Of a DNA stretch of 64,000 nt, positions 19,939 to 32,864 are shown piece by piece. The DNA comes from an uncultured Verrucomicrobiae bacterium. GTDB lineage: Bacteria > Verrucomicrobiota > Verrucomicrobiia > Chthoniobacterales > Chthoniobacteraceae. Positions within the stretch are counted from its first letter, which is position 1; every line of letters begins with the position of its first letter. The notes below the pieces were generated by a model, which made no database searches, had not been told where the DNA came from, and was given only the letters and a program-made list of their open reading frames with translations. The translations under genes and the position numbers were made by a program. Location: the NCBI GenBank assembly GCA_963828525.1, contig CAWHEP010000004.1:64001-128000 (forward strand). Reading direction: 5' to 3'.

Positions 19939-22022
19939 AACGGGCGGGTTCAGGATCAAGAGGACTCACGCGACGGGAAGCGCCCGGCCTGGCCGTTGTG
20001 CCTCGTGGCGGGGATCATTTTCTATTGTCCGGCACGGCCATTGAACGCGCGTTGCGTCCAGCCCATCGGCGGGCTTTCATGGATCGCGTTTTCTCCGTGG
20101 GACAGGTCGAATCGCTGGAGATAAATTGCGAAGACAACCGGGCGCGCGTGGGCTTTTCGAGAGGACGATCGACGCCTGTTTTGCTGAGGCTGTTAGCCAG
20201 CGCGATGCGCTCGGAACGCGTCGAGCGGCTCCCAAGTTCCGACCTTGGCCTCATTGCGGAAGTCTCAGGCGCGCGTCATTTGAAAATGTGGCGTGAGGGG
20301 CGGCGGTTGACGTTCCTGCGGGTGAAGCGCCTTGGACGGGAGCGCCTCCTCGTATCCCACCCTGTGTTTTCAGATGCTTCCCTGCGCGGCGCCCTTGTCG
20401 CTGAGTTGGCAGGCACTGCCTACCTCTACGATCCCGCCTCATCAGGACGCTTCGGCGGCTCGGTCGACGTCCGCTTTCAAAGCGGGCGCATGACGCTCGA
20501 AAGCATCTTGGAGATCATTGAGTCTGTGACGTTCCGAACCCTCGCGTTGCGGGAGCAGGCTGGATTGCAGCCGATCCGATTTAGGAAAGTCTTGGTGAAT
20601 ACAAACCTCGCTCTGGCTCTGGTCTCAGACTACCTCTTCGCGCCCGCGCGTATCGCCAGCGTCTTCACGCTCTGGTTGTTGAATATCCGGCACGTCTGGC
20701 CCGCTTACCGTTCCCTGCGCGCTGGCCGCTTTAACCTTGACGTGCTCTACACGACCATTGCGTTTCTTACCCTTTTGTCTCTCAGCTTCACGGGATCAGC
20801 GCTCATGTACTGGTTGCTCGAATTCTGGCCTGCCCGCGTAAAGCAACTGCGTGACACAGAGACCGCCAAATTCCTGGCCCGCATCAGGCGCTGTCCGCGA
20901 ACAGCGTGGATCGAACGAGGAGGAGCGGAGATGGAGGTTGCCCTTGCTGATCTGCGACAGGGCGACACGGTCATTCTGCGACAGGGCGATGTGGTTCCGG
21001 GGGATGGCTTCGTGCTTTCGGGAGAAGCAACAGTGACCGAAGGCTGGAGCGGCAGGCGCCGGTCGCTCAAGGCGGGCGGTGACATACATGCCTCTGGAGA
21101 GATCGCCAGCGGCGAAGTGCGAATCAGGATCGATTCTCCTGGCTCCGGCGTCATCACCGCGCAGTTAGCAGAATGGCACGGGCGTTCCACCTCCCTGCGC
21201 GTCAAAGATCCGCGAGTGGAGCGTTTTGCAAACTCGGCTGTGCTCCCGGCCATTGCGCTTGGCGTCGTCGCGATCTTGCGTGGTGGCGTTTCCATGGCGA
21301 AACCCGTCATACGTTCCGATTACCTCACCGGCCCCTCTCTCTCTCGAGAGCTTGGCTGGGTCACATCTGTTATCCAGGCCGCCCAACACGGCGTGTTCAT
21401 TGGCAATGACGACGCGCTCAGAAAGCTGGCGGAGTGCGACTGCTTCGTCATCAGTTCCGACATAGGGTGGCACGAAGGAGACCGTTCGCCGGGTCAGGTA
21501 TGTGAAGCATTGCGCGGCGTTGGCGTCGAAGTCGTTTTGCTTCATACCGGGAAATCCTCATCCTCTGTTCGCGGCAGGAATGGCGATGATCGCCCCTCAG
21601 GGAATCTCGACATGCGCAACGCGAGCATCCTCATTAAGGAAAGGCAGTATCTGGGACGGCAGGTAGCCTTCTTCGGCGATTGCATCGCGCAGAACGACGC
21701 TTCGTCACAAGCCGATGTAGGCGTCCATGTCTGCGCGCCGCCCTTCGCCAAATCTCCTCCCAGCGATATTGTTCTGCTCGACCCCTCCATGGATGGCATT
21801 GTGGCGTTGCGCGAGATAGCCGCGAAATACAATAACGGTCTCCGCGCGACGTTCGGGACCGTGCTTCTCCCAAACGCGGCTTGTGTGGTTGGCGCCCTCT
21901 ACTTCGGTCTCCCAATCATCGGAGCCATTGTTCTGACAAATGCGGGAACATTCGCAAGCTATTTTCAGGCAAGTCGGGCATTGAGAAGGGCAGGGGATTC
22001 AAAGGGATTAGCCCAGAATTGA
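19935..22022 (+). CDS. Degenerate (pseudo-) P1B-type ATPase paralog
   Basis: Actuator fragment GDVVPGDG, TM motif DYLTG, AAQHGVFI, VAFFGD, LLPNAAC; no DKTGT, no TGES, no N domain; TTG start overlaps the CorA TGA. Confidence 0.8.
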   Translation: MKRAGSGSRGLTRREAPGLAVVPRGGDHFLLSGTAIERALRPAHRRAFMDRVFSVGQVESLEINCEDNRARVGFSRGRSTPVLLRLLASAMRSERVERLPSSDLGLIAEVSGARHLKMWREGRRLTFLRVKRLGRERLLVSHPVFSDASLRGALVAELAGTAYLYDPASSGRFGGSVDVRFQSGRMTLESILEIIESVTFRTLALREQAGLQPIRFRKVLVNTNLALALVSDYLFAPARIASVFTLWLLNIRHVWPAYRSLRAGRFNLDVLYTTIAFLTLLSLSFTGSALMYWLLEFWPARVKQLRDTETAKFLARIRRCPRTAWIERGGAEMEVALADLRQGDTVILRQGDVVPGDGFVLSGEATVTEGWSGRRRSLKAGGDIHASGEIASGEVRIRIDSPGSGVITAQLAEWHGRSTSLRVKDPRVERFANSAVLPAIALGVVAILRGGVSMAKPVIRSDYLTGPSLSRELGWVTSVIQAAQHGVFIGNDDALRKLAECDCFVISSDIGWHEGDRSPGQVCEALRGVGVEVVLLHTGKSSSSVRGRNGDDRPSGNLDMRNASILIKERQYLGRQVAFFGDCIAQNDASSQADVGVHVCAPPFAKSPPSDIVLLDPSMDGIVALREIAAKYNNGLRATFGTVLLPNAACVVGALYFGLPIIGAIVLTNAGTFASYFQASRALRRAGDSKGLAQN

Positions 22023-22156
22023 CTTGGAGAATCTCTGTCGCTACCTTCCGAACTCTGCCTCCCCCAGTCGGTCGCCGTTGCGACGACGGAAGGCATCCTG
22101 GCAACATCCCAACGTGCAACGCCGGGCTAAACCCGGCTAATGAAGCAAATATAGCT

Positions 22157-25100
22157 ATGATCCCCCTCAGTAATCGATTTGTGTATTTTTGCCTTTTCAT
22201 GGCTCTCTTCCGCGGGACGGGCCGAGCAGATGCCTCGTCCAGCCTTCCGCCTGCGACGGTCTTAGCCGACTCATGGCAGATGCAGGATGCGGCTCTGGTT
22301 CCGGATACAGGCGCGCAACTTTCCCAGGCGTCGTTTACCGCCCAGCGCTGGTATAAGGCAACCGTTCCCGGCACAGTCCTTACGACTTTGGTCGACAACG
22401 GCGTCTATCCGGAGCCCCTCTACGGCGAGAATAACCGGCCTGACAAAATTCCTGAGTCGCTTTGCCGGAAGGATTGGTGGTATCGCGCCAGCTTCCCTGT
22501 CCCCGCCGCATACGCGGGAAGGAAGATCTGGCTCAATTTCGCTGGTATCAACTACGTTGCCGAGGTTTGGGTGAACGGCGCGAGAGTCGGCGCCATCAAG
22601 GGCGCGTTCACTCGCGGGGTGTTCGATGTCTCCTCCCTTGTCAAACCCGGCCAGGCAGCAGCGCTGGCAGTACGCGTATCTCCTCAACCCCATCCCGGCC
22701 TCCCATTTGAGCACACGATTGCCAACGGCCTTGGCAGCAACGGGGGACTGCCCACCATCGATGGTCCTACATTCCTTTGTTCTGTCGGTTGGGACTGGAT
22801 ACCCGCGATCCGCGACCGCAATACCGGTATCTGGCAGAAAGTCACGCTTTCCGCTTCCGGGCCGGTTGTATTGCAGGACCCCTCTGTAACGACAGACCTG
22901 GCCTTTCCCAGCCTCGCTTCGGCGGATATCACGATTCAGGCGAAGATTCAGAATCTGACGGCTCAGCCTCAAAATGCCATTCTGAAAGGGAGCTTTGGCG
23001 ATGTTACTTTCGCCAGGTCTGTGCAACTGGGGGGATCAGCCGTGACGGTGGTCTCGCTTGATTCCAGAAGCCTGCCGCAGCTTCACCTGATAAATCCCAA
23101 GCTCTGGTGGCCGAACGGTTACGGCCCTCAGAATCTATATACTCTGCGGCTTTCCCTTGAGGTCGGCGACATGGTTTCTGATGTCACCGATACCATGTTT
23201 GGAATCCGAAAGATTACCTACGGCAGTTCTGAAAAGGATAATCTGACTATCTCGGTGAACGGGGTGCGTACCTTCATCAAGGGTGGCGATTGGGGGTTGG
23301 ACGAGGCGTTGAAGCGTATTCCCCGGGAGCGACTCGAGGCTCAGATTCGCATGCATCAGCTCGCTAATTACAACATCATCCGCAACTGGGTCGGTCAGAG
23401 CACGGAAGCCGATTTTTACGATCTTTGCGATAAATACGGCATTCTGATTTGGGACGAGTTTTTTCAGCCCAACCCCGGCGATGGACCCAACGCCCCGGAT
23501 TTACAAACCTACATGGCGAATGCCCGCGAAAAGGTGACTCGCTTTCGGAATCATCCATCGATAGCCCTTTGGTGCGGCCGCAACGAGGGGCGCCCGCCAA
23601 AGGAGATCGACGACGCGCTCACCAAGCTCACCGCCGAACTGGACCCAAGCCGGCTATACCAACCCAGCTCCACCAGCGGCAGGGGCGTTCACTCCGGCGG
23701 CCCGTACCGCTGGCGGGTTCCTCGCGAATATTACGCGTTTCCTGACGGTGAGGCTTTCAAGACGGAGATAGGCAGCGTTTCGGTGCCCACTTGGGAATCG
23801 ATTCAGGGAATGATGCCGGAGAAAGACTGGACCCAGATCAATGACGACTGGGCGGAACACGATCTCGCCAGCGGCGCCCAAGGCGGGAACGGCTACCCAG
23901 GTATGATGGCCAAACGATACGGAGCAATTGCAAATGCCGCCGACTTCGCTCGCAAGGGTCAACTGATGAACTACGAAGCTTTCCGAGCGATGTATGAGGG
24001 ACGCGAAGCAAAAATGTTTCACTTCGCCACCGGGGTTATCACATGGATGAGCAATCCGGCCCAGCCGAGTTTCGTCTGGCAAATCTATTCTCACGATCTG
24101 GAGCCGAATTCCGCCTTGTTCGCGGTGCGCAAGGCCTGTGAGCCAATACACATCCAATTCAACGAACAACTCGGCTCCGTCCAGGTGATCAACAATACCC
24201 CGAGCAGCCTGAACGGGGCCAAGGCGCGCCTAAAGATATTCAACATGGACGGTTCTTCACCGTTTCAGAAGGAATACACCGTAGACGCGCCAGCTAGCGC
24301 TGAAACGGACCTGGGCATCGTGAGCCTGCCTCCCACGCTCTCATCGGTTTACTTCATCAAGCTTCAACTTGTGGCCGCTGACGGCGCGTTGCTATCTGAC
24401 AATTTTTACTGGCAAGCCACGGCTCCCCACAGTGATGACTTGACCGCCATGGCAAAGTTGCCCCTTGCCACCCTCCAGGCGCGGATCGCTCGTCGCGATG
24501 CGGATGGCAAAACTTTCCTGGACGTTACGTTGCGCAACCCCGCTCAGACCGTGGCCGTCGCGGCTCACTTGCAGCTTCACCGGGCAACTTCCGGCCAGCG
24601 CGCGCTGCCTGTATACTACTCGGATAACTACGTTTCCCTGGTCCCAGGCGAGGAGAAGACGATCATCACCGAGATCGCTACCGCCGATCTTAAAGGAGAG
24701 AAGCCGCTCGTTCTGGTCGACGGGTGGAACGTTGGCGTGAACCCGGTCGATACCTCTGCCGCGAGCCTCGCGCTCAATGAAAATGCTCAGACGAGCCACT
24801 GGCCCGCGTCCGGATTAACCATAGTCCAAGGTCGCCCCCGCGATAATCGGCAGACAGATTTTCGCATCAATTGTGGGGGCCCCAGCACGGACAGCTTTCA
24901 GGCCGACGACTTCTACTCGGGGGGGCAGCCCTTCTCCAGTGGCGTACCGGTCAGCACCGGGACGCTATCCGTTCCGCAGACCGTTTTTCAGACGGGACGC
25001 AGTGGCGATGTTCAATACCTCTTCTACAACCGTCCGCAGAAAATCCCGGTTTGGTATCACGTCCGCCTCTACTTCGCGGAGAACACATTCCACGAAGCCG

Positions 25101-25381
25101 GAAAACGGCGATTCAACGTGGAAATCAATGGCCACAAAGTCCTGGAGGATTTCGATATATTCCGCGAAGCGGCCGGACCTAAAAAAGCTGTGGTGAAGGA
25201 CTTTCCCCTTATCAGTTCGAATAAGGATGGAACATTCGAAATCAAGCTGGAGACCGGCTCCGCGGGCGAGCCGGAAATCTGCGGGGTCGAGTTGTTCAAG
25301 ACGAAGGCTCCGGAGCCTCCCAAAACCCAGGCGAAACCCTCAGCGGCGCCTGGGAAGAAACCCAAGAATACTCAGTCCTAA
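22157..25381 (+). CDS. Glycoside hydrolase family 2 (beta-mannosidase/exo-glucosaminidase-like) with C-terminal malectin domain
   Basis: ATVPGTVL, GWDWIP, WWPNGYG, RFRNHPSIALWCGRNE, KTEIG; RINCGG..VRLYFAE..RRFNVEING..FDIF malectin pattern. Confidence 0.88.
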   Translation: MIPLSNRFVYFCLFMALFRGTGRADASSSLPPATVLADSWQMQDAALVPDTGAQLSQASFTAQRWYKATVPGTVLTTLVDNGVYPEPLYGENNRPDKIPESLCRKDWWYRASFPVPAAYAGRKIWLNFAGINYVAEVWVNGARVGAIKGAFTRGVFDVSSLVKPGQAAALAVRVSPQPHPGLPFEHTIANGLGSNGGLPTIDGPTFLCSVGWDWIPAIRDRNTGIWQKVTLSASGPVVLQDPSVTTDLAFPSLASADITIQAKIQNLTAQPQNAILKGSFGDVTFARSVQLGGSAVTVVSLDSRSLPQLHLINPKLWWPNGYGPQNLYTLRLSLEVGDMVSDVTDTMFGIRKITYGSSEKDNLTISVNGVRTFIKGGDWGLDEALKRIPRERLEAQIRMHQLANYNIIRNWVGQSTEADFYDLCDKYGILIWDEFFQPNPGDGPNAPDLQTYMANAREKVTRFRNHPSIALWCGRNEGRPPKEIDDALTKLTAELDPSRLYQPSSTSGRGVHSGGPYRWRVPREYYAFPDGEAFKTEIGSVSVPTWESIQGMMPEKDWTQINDDWAEHDLASGAQGGNGYPGMMAKRYGAIANAADFARKGQLMNYEAFRAMYEGREAKMFHFATGVITWMSNPAQPSFVWQIYSHDLEPNSALFAVRKACEPIHIQFNEQLGSVQVINNTPSSLNGAKARLKIFNMDGSSPFQKEYTVDAPASAETDLGIVSLPPTLSSVYFIKLQLVAADGALLSDNFYWQATAPHSDDLTAMAKLPLATLQARIARRDADGKTFLDVTLRNPAQTVAVAAHLQLHRATSGQRALPVYYSDNYVSLVPGEEKTIITEIATADLKGEKPLVLVDGWNVGVNPVDTSAASLALNENAQTSHWPASGLTIVQGRPRDNRQTDFRINCGGPSTDSFQADDFYSGGQPFSSGVPVSTGTLSVPQTVFQTGRSGDVQYLFYNRPQKIPVWYHVRLYFAENTFHEAGKRRFNVEINGHKVLEDFDIFREAAGPKKAVVKDFPLISSNKDGTFEIKLETGSAGEPEICGVELFKTKAPEPPKTQAKPSAAPGKKPKNTQS

Positions 25382-25444
25382 AGCGCGGCGGTAGTTGGGA
25401 TTCCTGCGCAACGCAGGCTTGCAGCCCTGCGGGCCTAAGGAAAT

Positions 25445-25475
25445 AAAAACGGCCGGGGGTGTTGCCCCCGGCCGT
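25445..25475 (-). terminator. Rho-independent terminator after groEL (possibly bidirectional)
   Basis: ACGGCCGGGGG-tgttg-CCCCCGGCCGT 11-bp stem followed by a T-run on the minus strand. Confidence 0.85.
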
Positions 25476-25505
25476 CTCTAATCCTAACTTAGAAGCTCGC
25501 GCTTC

Positions 25506-27140
<1,635 letters not shown>

Positions 27141-27172
27141 AACTTTAGTTTTTCTCCTGTTTTCTCTGTCGC

Positions 27173-27466
27173 TTAGCCGATGATGCCGAGGATATCGTCC
27201 TCGCGCATGATGAGGTAATTCTCACCATCGACCTTGATTTCCGTTCCGCCGTATTTCGAGATCAGAACTTTGTCGCCCTGCTTGACGGTGAACGCGATTC
27301 GCTTGCCTTCGTCGTCGAGCTTTCCAGTCCCGAGGGCGATGACCTCGCCTTCCTGTGGCTTCTCTTTCGCCGTATCAGGAATGATGATGCCGCCTTTTTT
27401 TACTTCCTTCTCTTCGATCGGATGCACGAGCACGCGGTCTCCAAGAGGCTTTACATTAATTGCCAT
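27173..27466 (-). CDS. groS: Co-chaperonin GroES
   Basis: [31 protein letters not shown] Shine-Dalgarno upstream. Confidence 0.99.
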   Translation of the reverse strand: MAINVKPLGDRVLVHPIEEKEVKKGGIIIPDTAKEKPQEGEVIALGTGKLDDEGKRIAFTVKQGDKVLISKYGGTEIKVDGENYLIMREDDILGIIG

Positions 27467-27554
27467 GTTTTCTCCTTGTTGTTGTTGCTATTACCGACGC
27501 GGCCACCGGGAGTGGGAGTCCCACTCCTTTCGGCGGCGCATTCTGTAAATCTGA

Positions 27555-29546
<1,992 letters not shown>

Positions 29547-29560
29547 CTAGGCGTCTCGTT

Positions 29561-29576
29561 AGCAAATGGTATTCCA
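29561..29576 (-). promoter_or_regulatory. Putative sigma54 -24/-12 promoter of dnaK-groES-groEL
   Basis: Minus strand TGGAATACCATTTGCT has GG-N10-GC spacing with TTGCT, 35 nt upstream of the dnaK start. Confidence 0.65.
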
Positions 29577-29796
29577 CCCGCCGTATCTATCGATAACTAG
29601 TTCATAGTGAGTCATATATGACAGAGGTAATCCGCGTTACGAGCTTACCCAGCGAGACAAATTGGCGTCACTGTCTCACTATCTGTGTGTCTGTGGGACA
29701 TCCAGACGCGCCGCGCCGCGGCATGCAGCCCCGGGATTATTGTCGGGAATGTTGAGTTGTCCGGTTGACATCCGCTTGTAGTACCCTTTTGTTTCT

Positions 29797-30069
29797 ATGG
29801 GACGTGATACCGTCCTCGAACCAGTTGTTGTACTTATGATGAATCAGAATATGGGAGAGAAGGCAGGCAGCGACCCCCTCGCTTCGGAAAAAATCTCCAT
29901 CGAACGAAAGATATTCTTCCTTGACCTCAAGGAAAATAATCGTGGCCGCTTTTTAAAGATCACTGAAGATGTGGGCGGACGCCGCGACACGATTATGCTT
30001 CCGGCGGAGGCGTTCCAGGACTTCACAGAAGCGCTGGTTCGGCTGGTGGATTACGAGAAGGGGCTCTGA
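29797..30069 (+). CDS. PUR-repeat (PurA/DUF3276-like) ssDNA/RNA-binding protein; true start may be a later Met
   Basis: SEKISIERKIFFLDLKENNRGRFLKITE..RRDTIMLP. Confidence 0.85.
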   Translation: MGRDTVLEPVVVLMMNQNMGEKAGSDPLASEKISIERKIFFLDLKENNRGRFLKITEDVGGRRDTIMLPAEAFQDFTEALVRLVDYEKGL

Positions 30070-30095
30070 CCTGCTTCCAAGAGCCGCGTGGGCTC

Positions 30096-31094
30096 TCAGG
30101 CGTGTTTAAGCTCTGCGAAGAACAGCCTGCCTGCCGTGGTCTGCAGCGCTCCAGCTACCGTGATCGCAACGGTCTCCCCGAGGTGACCTCGCGCGTGGTT
30201 GACGACAATCATTGTTCCATCGGGGAGGTAGCCGACTGCCTGGTGGGCGTCACGGCCTTCCTTCACGAGCGCAATTTCCAGCTCGTCGCCCGCGGACAGG
30301 CTTGGACGCATCGCTTTCGCGAGGTCGTTTAGGTTCAGCACGGCGACATTTTGCAGCCTGGCAATTTTGCACAGGCTTGAGTCGTTGCTGATCAGTTGGG
30401 CGGAGAGAAGGCGCGCAAGATGTATAAGCTTGGTATCCACTGGCGAATCGCCATCGCCGGGTTCCTCATGCACTGTGACGCTCACCCTGGGGCTTTTCTG
30501 GAGCTGATTTAGCCGATCCAAGCCGAGCCGCCCGCGTTCGCGTTTGGCCGGTTCGGCGGAGTCTGCGAGACGCTGGAGTTCATCCAGCACAAATCGGGGC
30601 ACGACCAGCGATCCGCTGAGAAAGCCCGCGGCGCAAATGTCGCCGATTCGTCCGTCGATGATGATGCTCGTATCCACGAGGAGCGGAGGCCCCTGCACTG
30701 CCGACTGCTGGAAACGAACATACGGGATCACCAGGGCGAATTCATCCCGGTTGCTCCTCATCGCCAGCATCATGCCGAGGTATCCGAACGCGCCATAGAT
30801 CATCAGGCTGATGATCCAGCGCTTCTCTTCGGAGAGATACTTCAACAAGTCGGAGGCGAGCAGGAGATGCCCGAGAACCAGGCCGAGAACCAGTCCGAAA
30901 GTAGCCGCGGAAAAAATGCGGAGCGAGAATCCTTTCAGGAGGCGGTCAAATAGAACGATGAGGAGTCCGAAGACTATTCCACCAGCGGCGCCCGCAGCTT
31001 GAGAAGTGAATACCTCCCCAACTGTGGCTCCCACAAACGCGGCCGTTACGATAAAAAGGGCGCGGAGGAGATTAATGGTGAGGCTTGGGGTCAT
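30096..31094 (-). CDS. Membrane PIN/TRAM domain protein (YacL-like)
   Basis: N-terminal TMs, VDTSIIIDGRI, ELQRLADS, QAVGYLPDGTMIVV, QTTAGRLFF. Confidence 0.92.
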   Translation of the reverse strand: MTPSLTINLLRALFIVTAAFVGATVGEVFTSQAAGAAGGIVFGLLIVLFDRLLKGFSLRIFSAATFGLVLGLVLGHLLLASDLLKYLSEEKRWIISLMIYGAFGYLGMMLAMRSNRDEFALVIPYVRFQQSAVQGPPLLVDTSIIIDGRIGDICAAGFLSGSLVVPRFVLDELQRLADSAEPAKRERGRLGLDRLNQLQKSPRVSVTVHEEPGDGDSPVDTKLIHLARLLSAQLISNDSSLCKIARLQNVAVLNLNDLAKAMRPSLSAGDELEIALVKEGRDAHQAVGYLPDGTMIVVNHARGHLGETVAITVAGALQTTAGRLFFAELKHA

Positions 31095-31140
31095 TTAGCG
31101 AGACCATTCTCTCGATCTGCAAATGTGAACCTGCGCTAAG

Positions 31141-32107
31141 TCAGCGAGATGACCTGACATTCGGGTCCGTCCCGCGGGGTGTGACATCCTTATAAAAGAG
31201 GATGCCCTTCTGCCTCAGGTTTGCAACCAGAGCTTTCAGGTTATCTGACAAGGTCTTGTCTGACAGCAACGTGGGAATCGGTCCGTTGCCTTCCGAGAAA
31301 CGTTTAAGCACAATCCGCGCGGCTTCTATTACCTTTCTGGAATCAGCGATGGCGCTCTGTATCTCGACCGCCGCAGTGTTGGCGCTTCCCATGGTCTGAC
31401 GGGTGCTATCCATTACCCCGCCCGCGCTCTTCACCACAGCGTCCAGGCTCTTTGAAGTCTCGGCGAAATTGGTGCTCGTCACTTTCAGGTTTGCAAGAGT
31501 CGCTTCCAAATTCTTCAGATTTTCGCTGCTGAGAACAAGTTCCAGGCGCTGGTTCAGGTTGTTCGTTGTCTCTTTCAGTTTCACCAGCGCGGCCTTTAGC
31601 TCGTCCATGACTGCGGGAGCTTTATCCATGACAGTCGCTCCTTTTTCCATCAGTTCGTTTAACCCATCCGCGCTCGTTCCTTCGATCACCTCGCCGTCAC
31701 CATAGACCTGGTTCGGGTCCGCTGGGTTGAAGTGGCCACTGTCGAATCCTTTAGGCAGGGAGACTTGAACGAAGCGATCACCCATCAGGCCGGAACTTCC
31801 CACCTCGAATTTCGATCCTTTGGGCAGCTTGATCTCGCCCACCACCTTCAGTGAGATGGCTACCGCTCCCACCGTGGGCATGATGGCAGGCTTCTCCGAA
31901 ACGTACCCGATGCGTCGCCCCCGCAAGCTGCACTTCCGACCCTTTCAGCAGGCCGTTCGCGTCGGGGAGATGCACGGTGAGATTGTAGTATTTCTTGAAC
32001 CCTTCCCGCGTCAGGCCGAATTCCATGATCATGGCCCCAATGACCCCCAGGCCGATCAGCACAAAGAGGCCAACTTTGAATTCCAGCAATCTTTCCTGTT
32101 TGTCCAT
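31141..32107 (-). CDS. mlaD: MlaD/MCE family protein; apparent frameshift near 31920
   Basis: EFKVGLFVLIG, DANGLLKGSEVQLAG then RIGYV, SSGLMGDRFV, coiled-coil tail. Confidence 0.85.
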
Positions 32108-32111
32108 GTTT

Positions 32112-32853
32112 CTACAATACGCTGTCTCGGGAGCGCCCGAGGATGAAGTCTTCGATCAGTGGATCCGTGGCCGCGCGAAAGTCGTCCGGCGATCCATGAA
32201 AGTAAATCCGTCCTTCGTGCAAATACGCTATCTGATCGCCGACATGGAAAGCCGTCTTCATATCGTGTGTCACGACGATGGATGTCACCTTGAAACGCGT
32301 CTGCATTCTTCTTATCAAGTGATTTATGCTATCGGACACAACCGGATCGAGTCCCGACGTCGGTTCGTCGTAGAGAATGGACGCGGGATTTGTGATGATG
32401 GCCCGGGCAAGTCCTACCCGTTTCTTCATCCCCCCACTCAAGCTCTCCGGCATCTTTTTCTCCTGCCCTTGCAGATTTACCACCTCGAGCGCTTCTGAAA
32501 CTTTGGCGCGAATCGTTTTGGGATCTTTTTCTCCGGCTTCCCGCAACGGGAACGCCAAATTTTCTTCTACCGACATGGAGTCGAAAAGAGCGCCGCTCTG
32601 GAAAAGGATCCCGACCTTCTTCCGTATGGCGACCAGTTCGCGCTCGTTCAGCCTGACGACACTTTCATTGTCCACGAGGACATCTCCGGAGGTGGGCTTC
32701 ATCAGGCCGATGATATGTTTCAGAAGGACGCTTTTCCCCCCGCCGCTACGCCCGACGATGACAACAGTCTCCCCGGGCCTGACTTCGAGGTTGAGCCCGC
32801 GCAAAATCTCCTGCCTGCCGATCTGTCTTCTGGAGATTACGGACGCTGATCAT
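32112..32853 (-). CDS. mlaF: MlaF-type ABC ATPase; apparent frameshift near 32820
   Basis: GRSGGGKS, FQSGALFDS, LSGGMKKRVGLARA, YDEPTSGLDP; MISVRNLQK start is in another frame. Confidence 0.9.
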
Positions 32854-32864
32854 GGCTGCGCGCT

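Noticed and set aside
30096..31094. PIN domain as a toxin-antitoxin toxin
   Set aside because: The membrane PIN/TRAM (YacL-like) architecture has no antitoxin gene.
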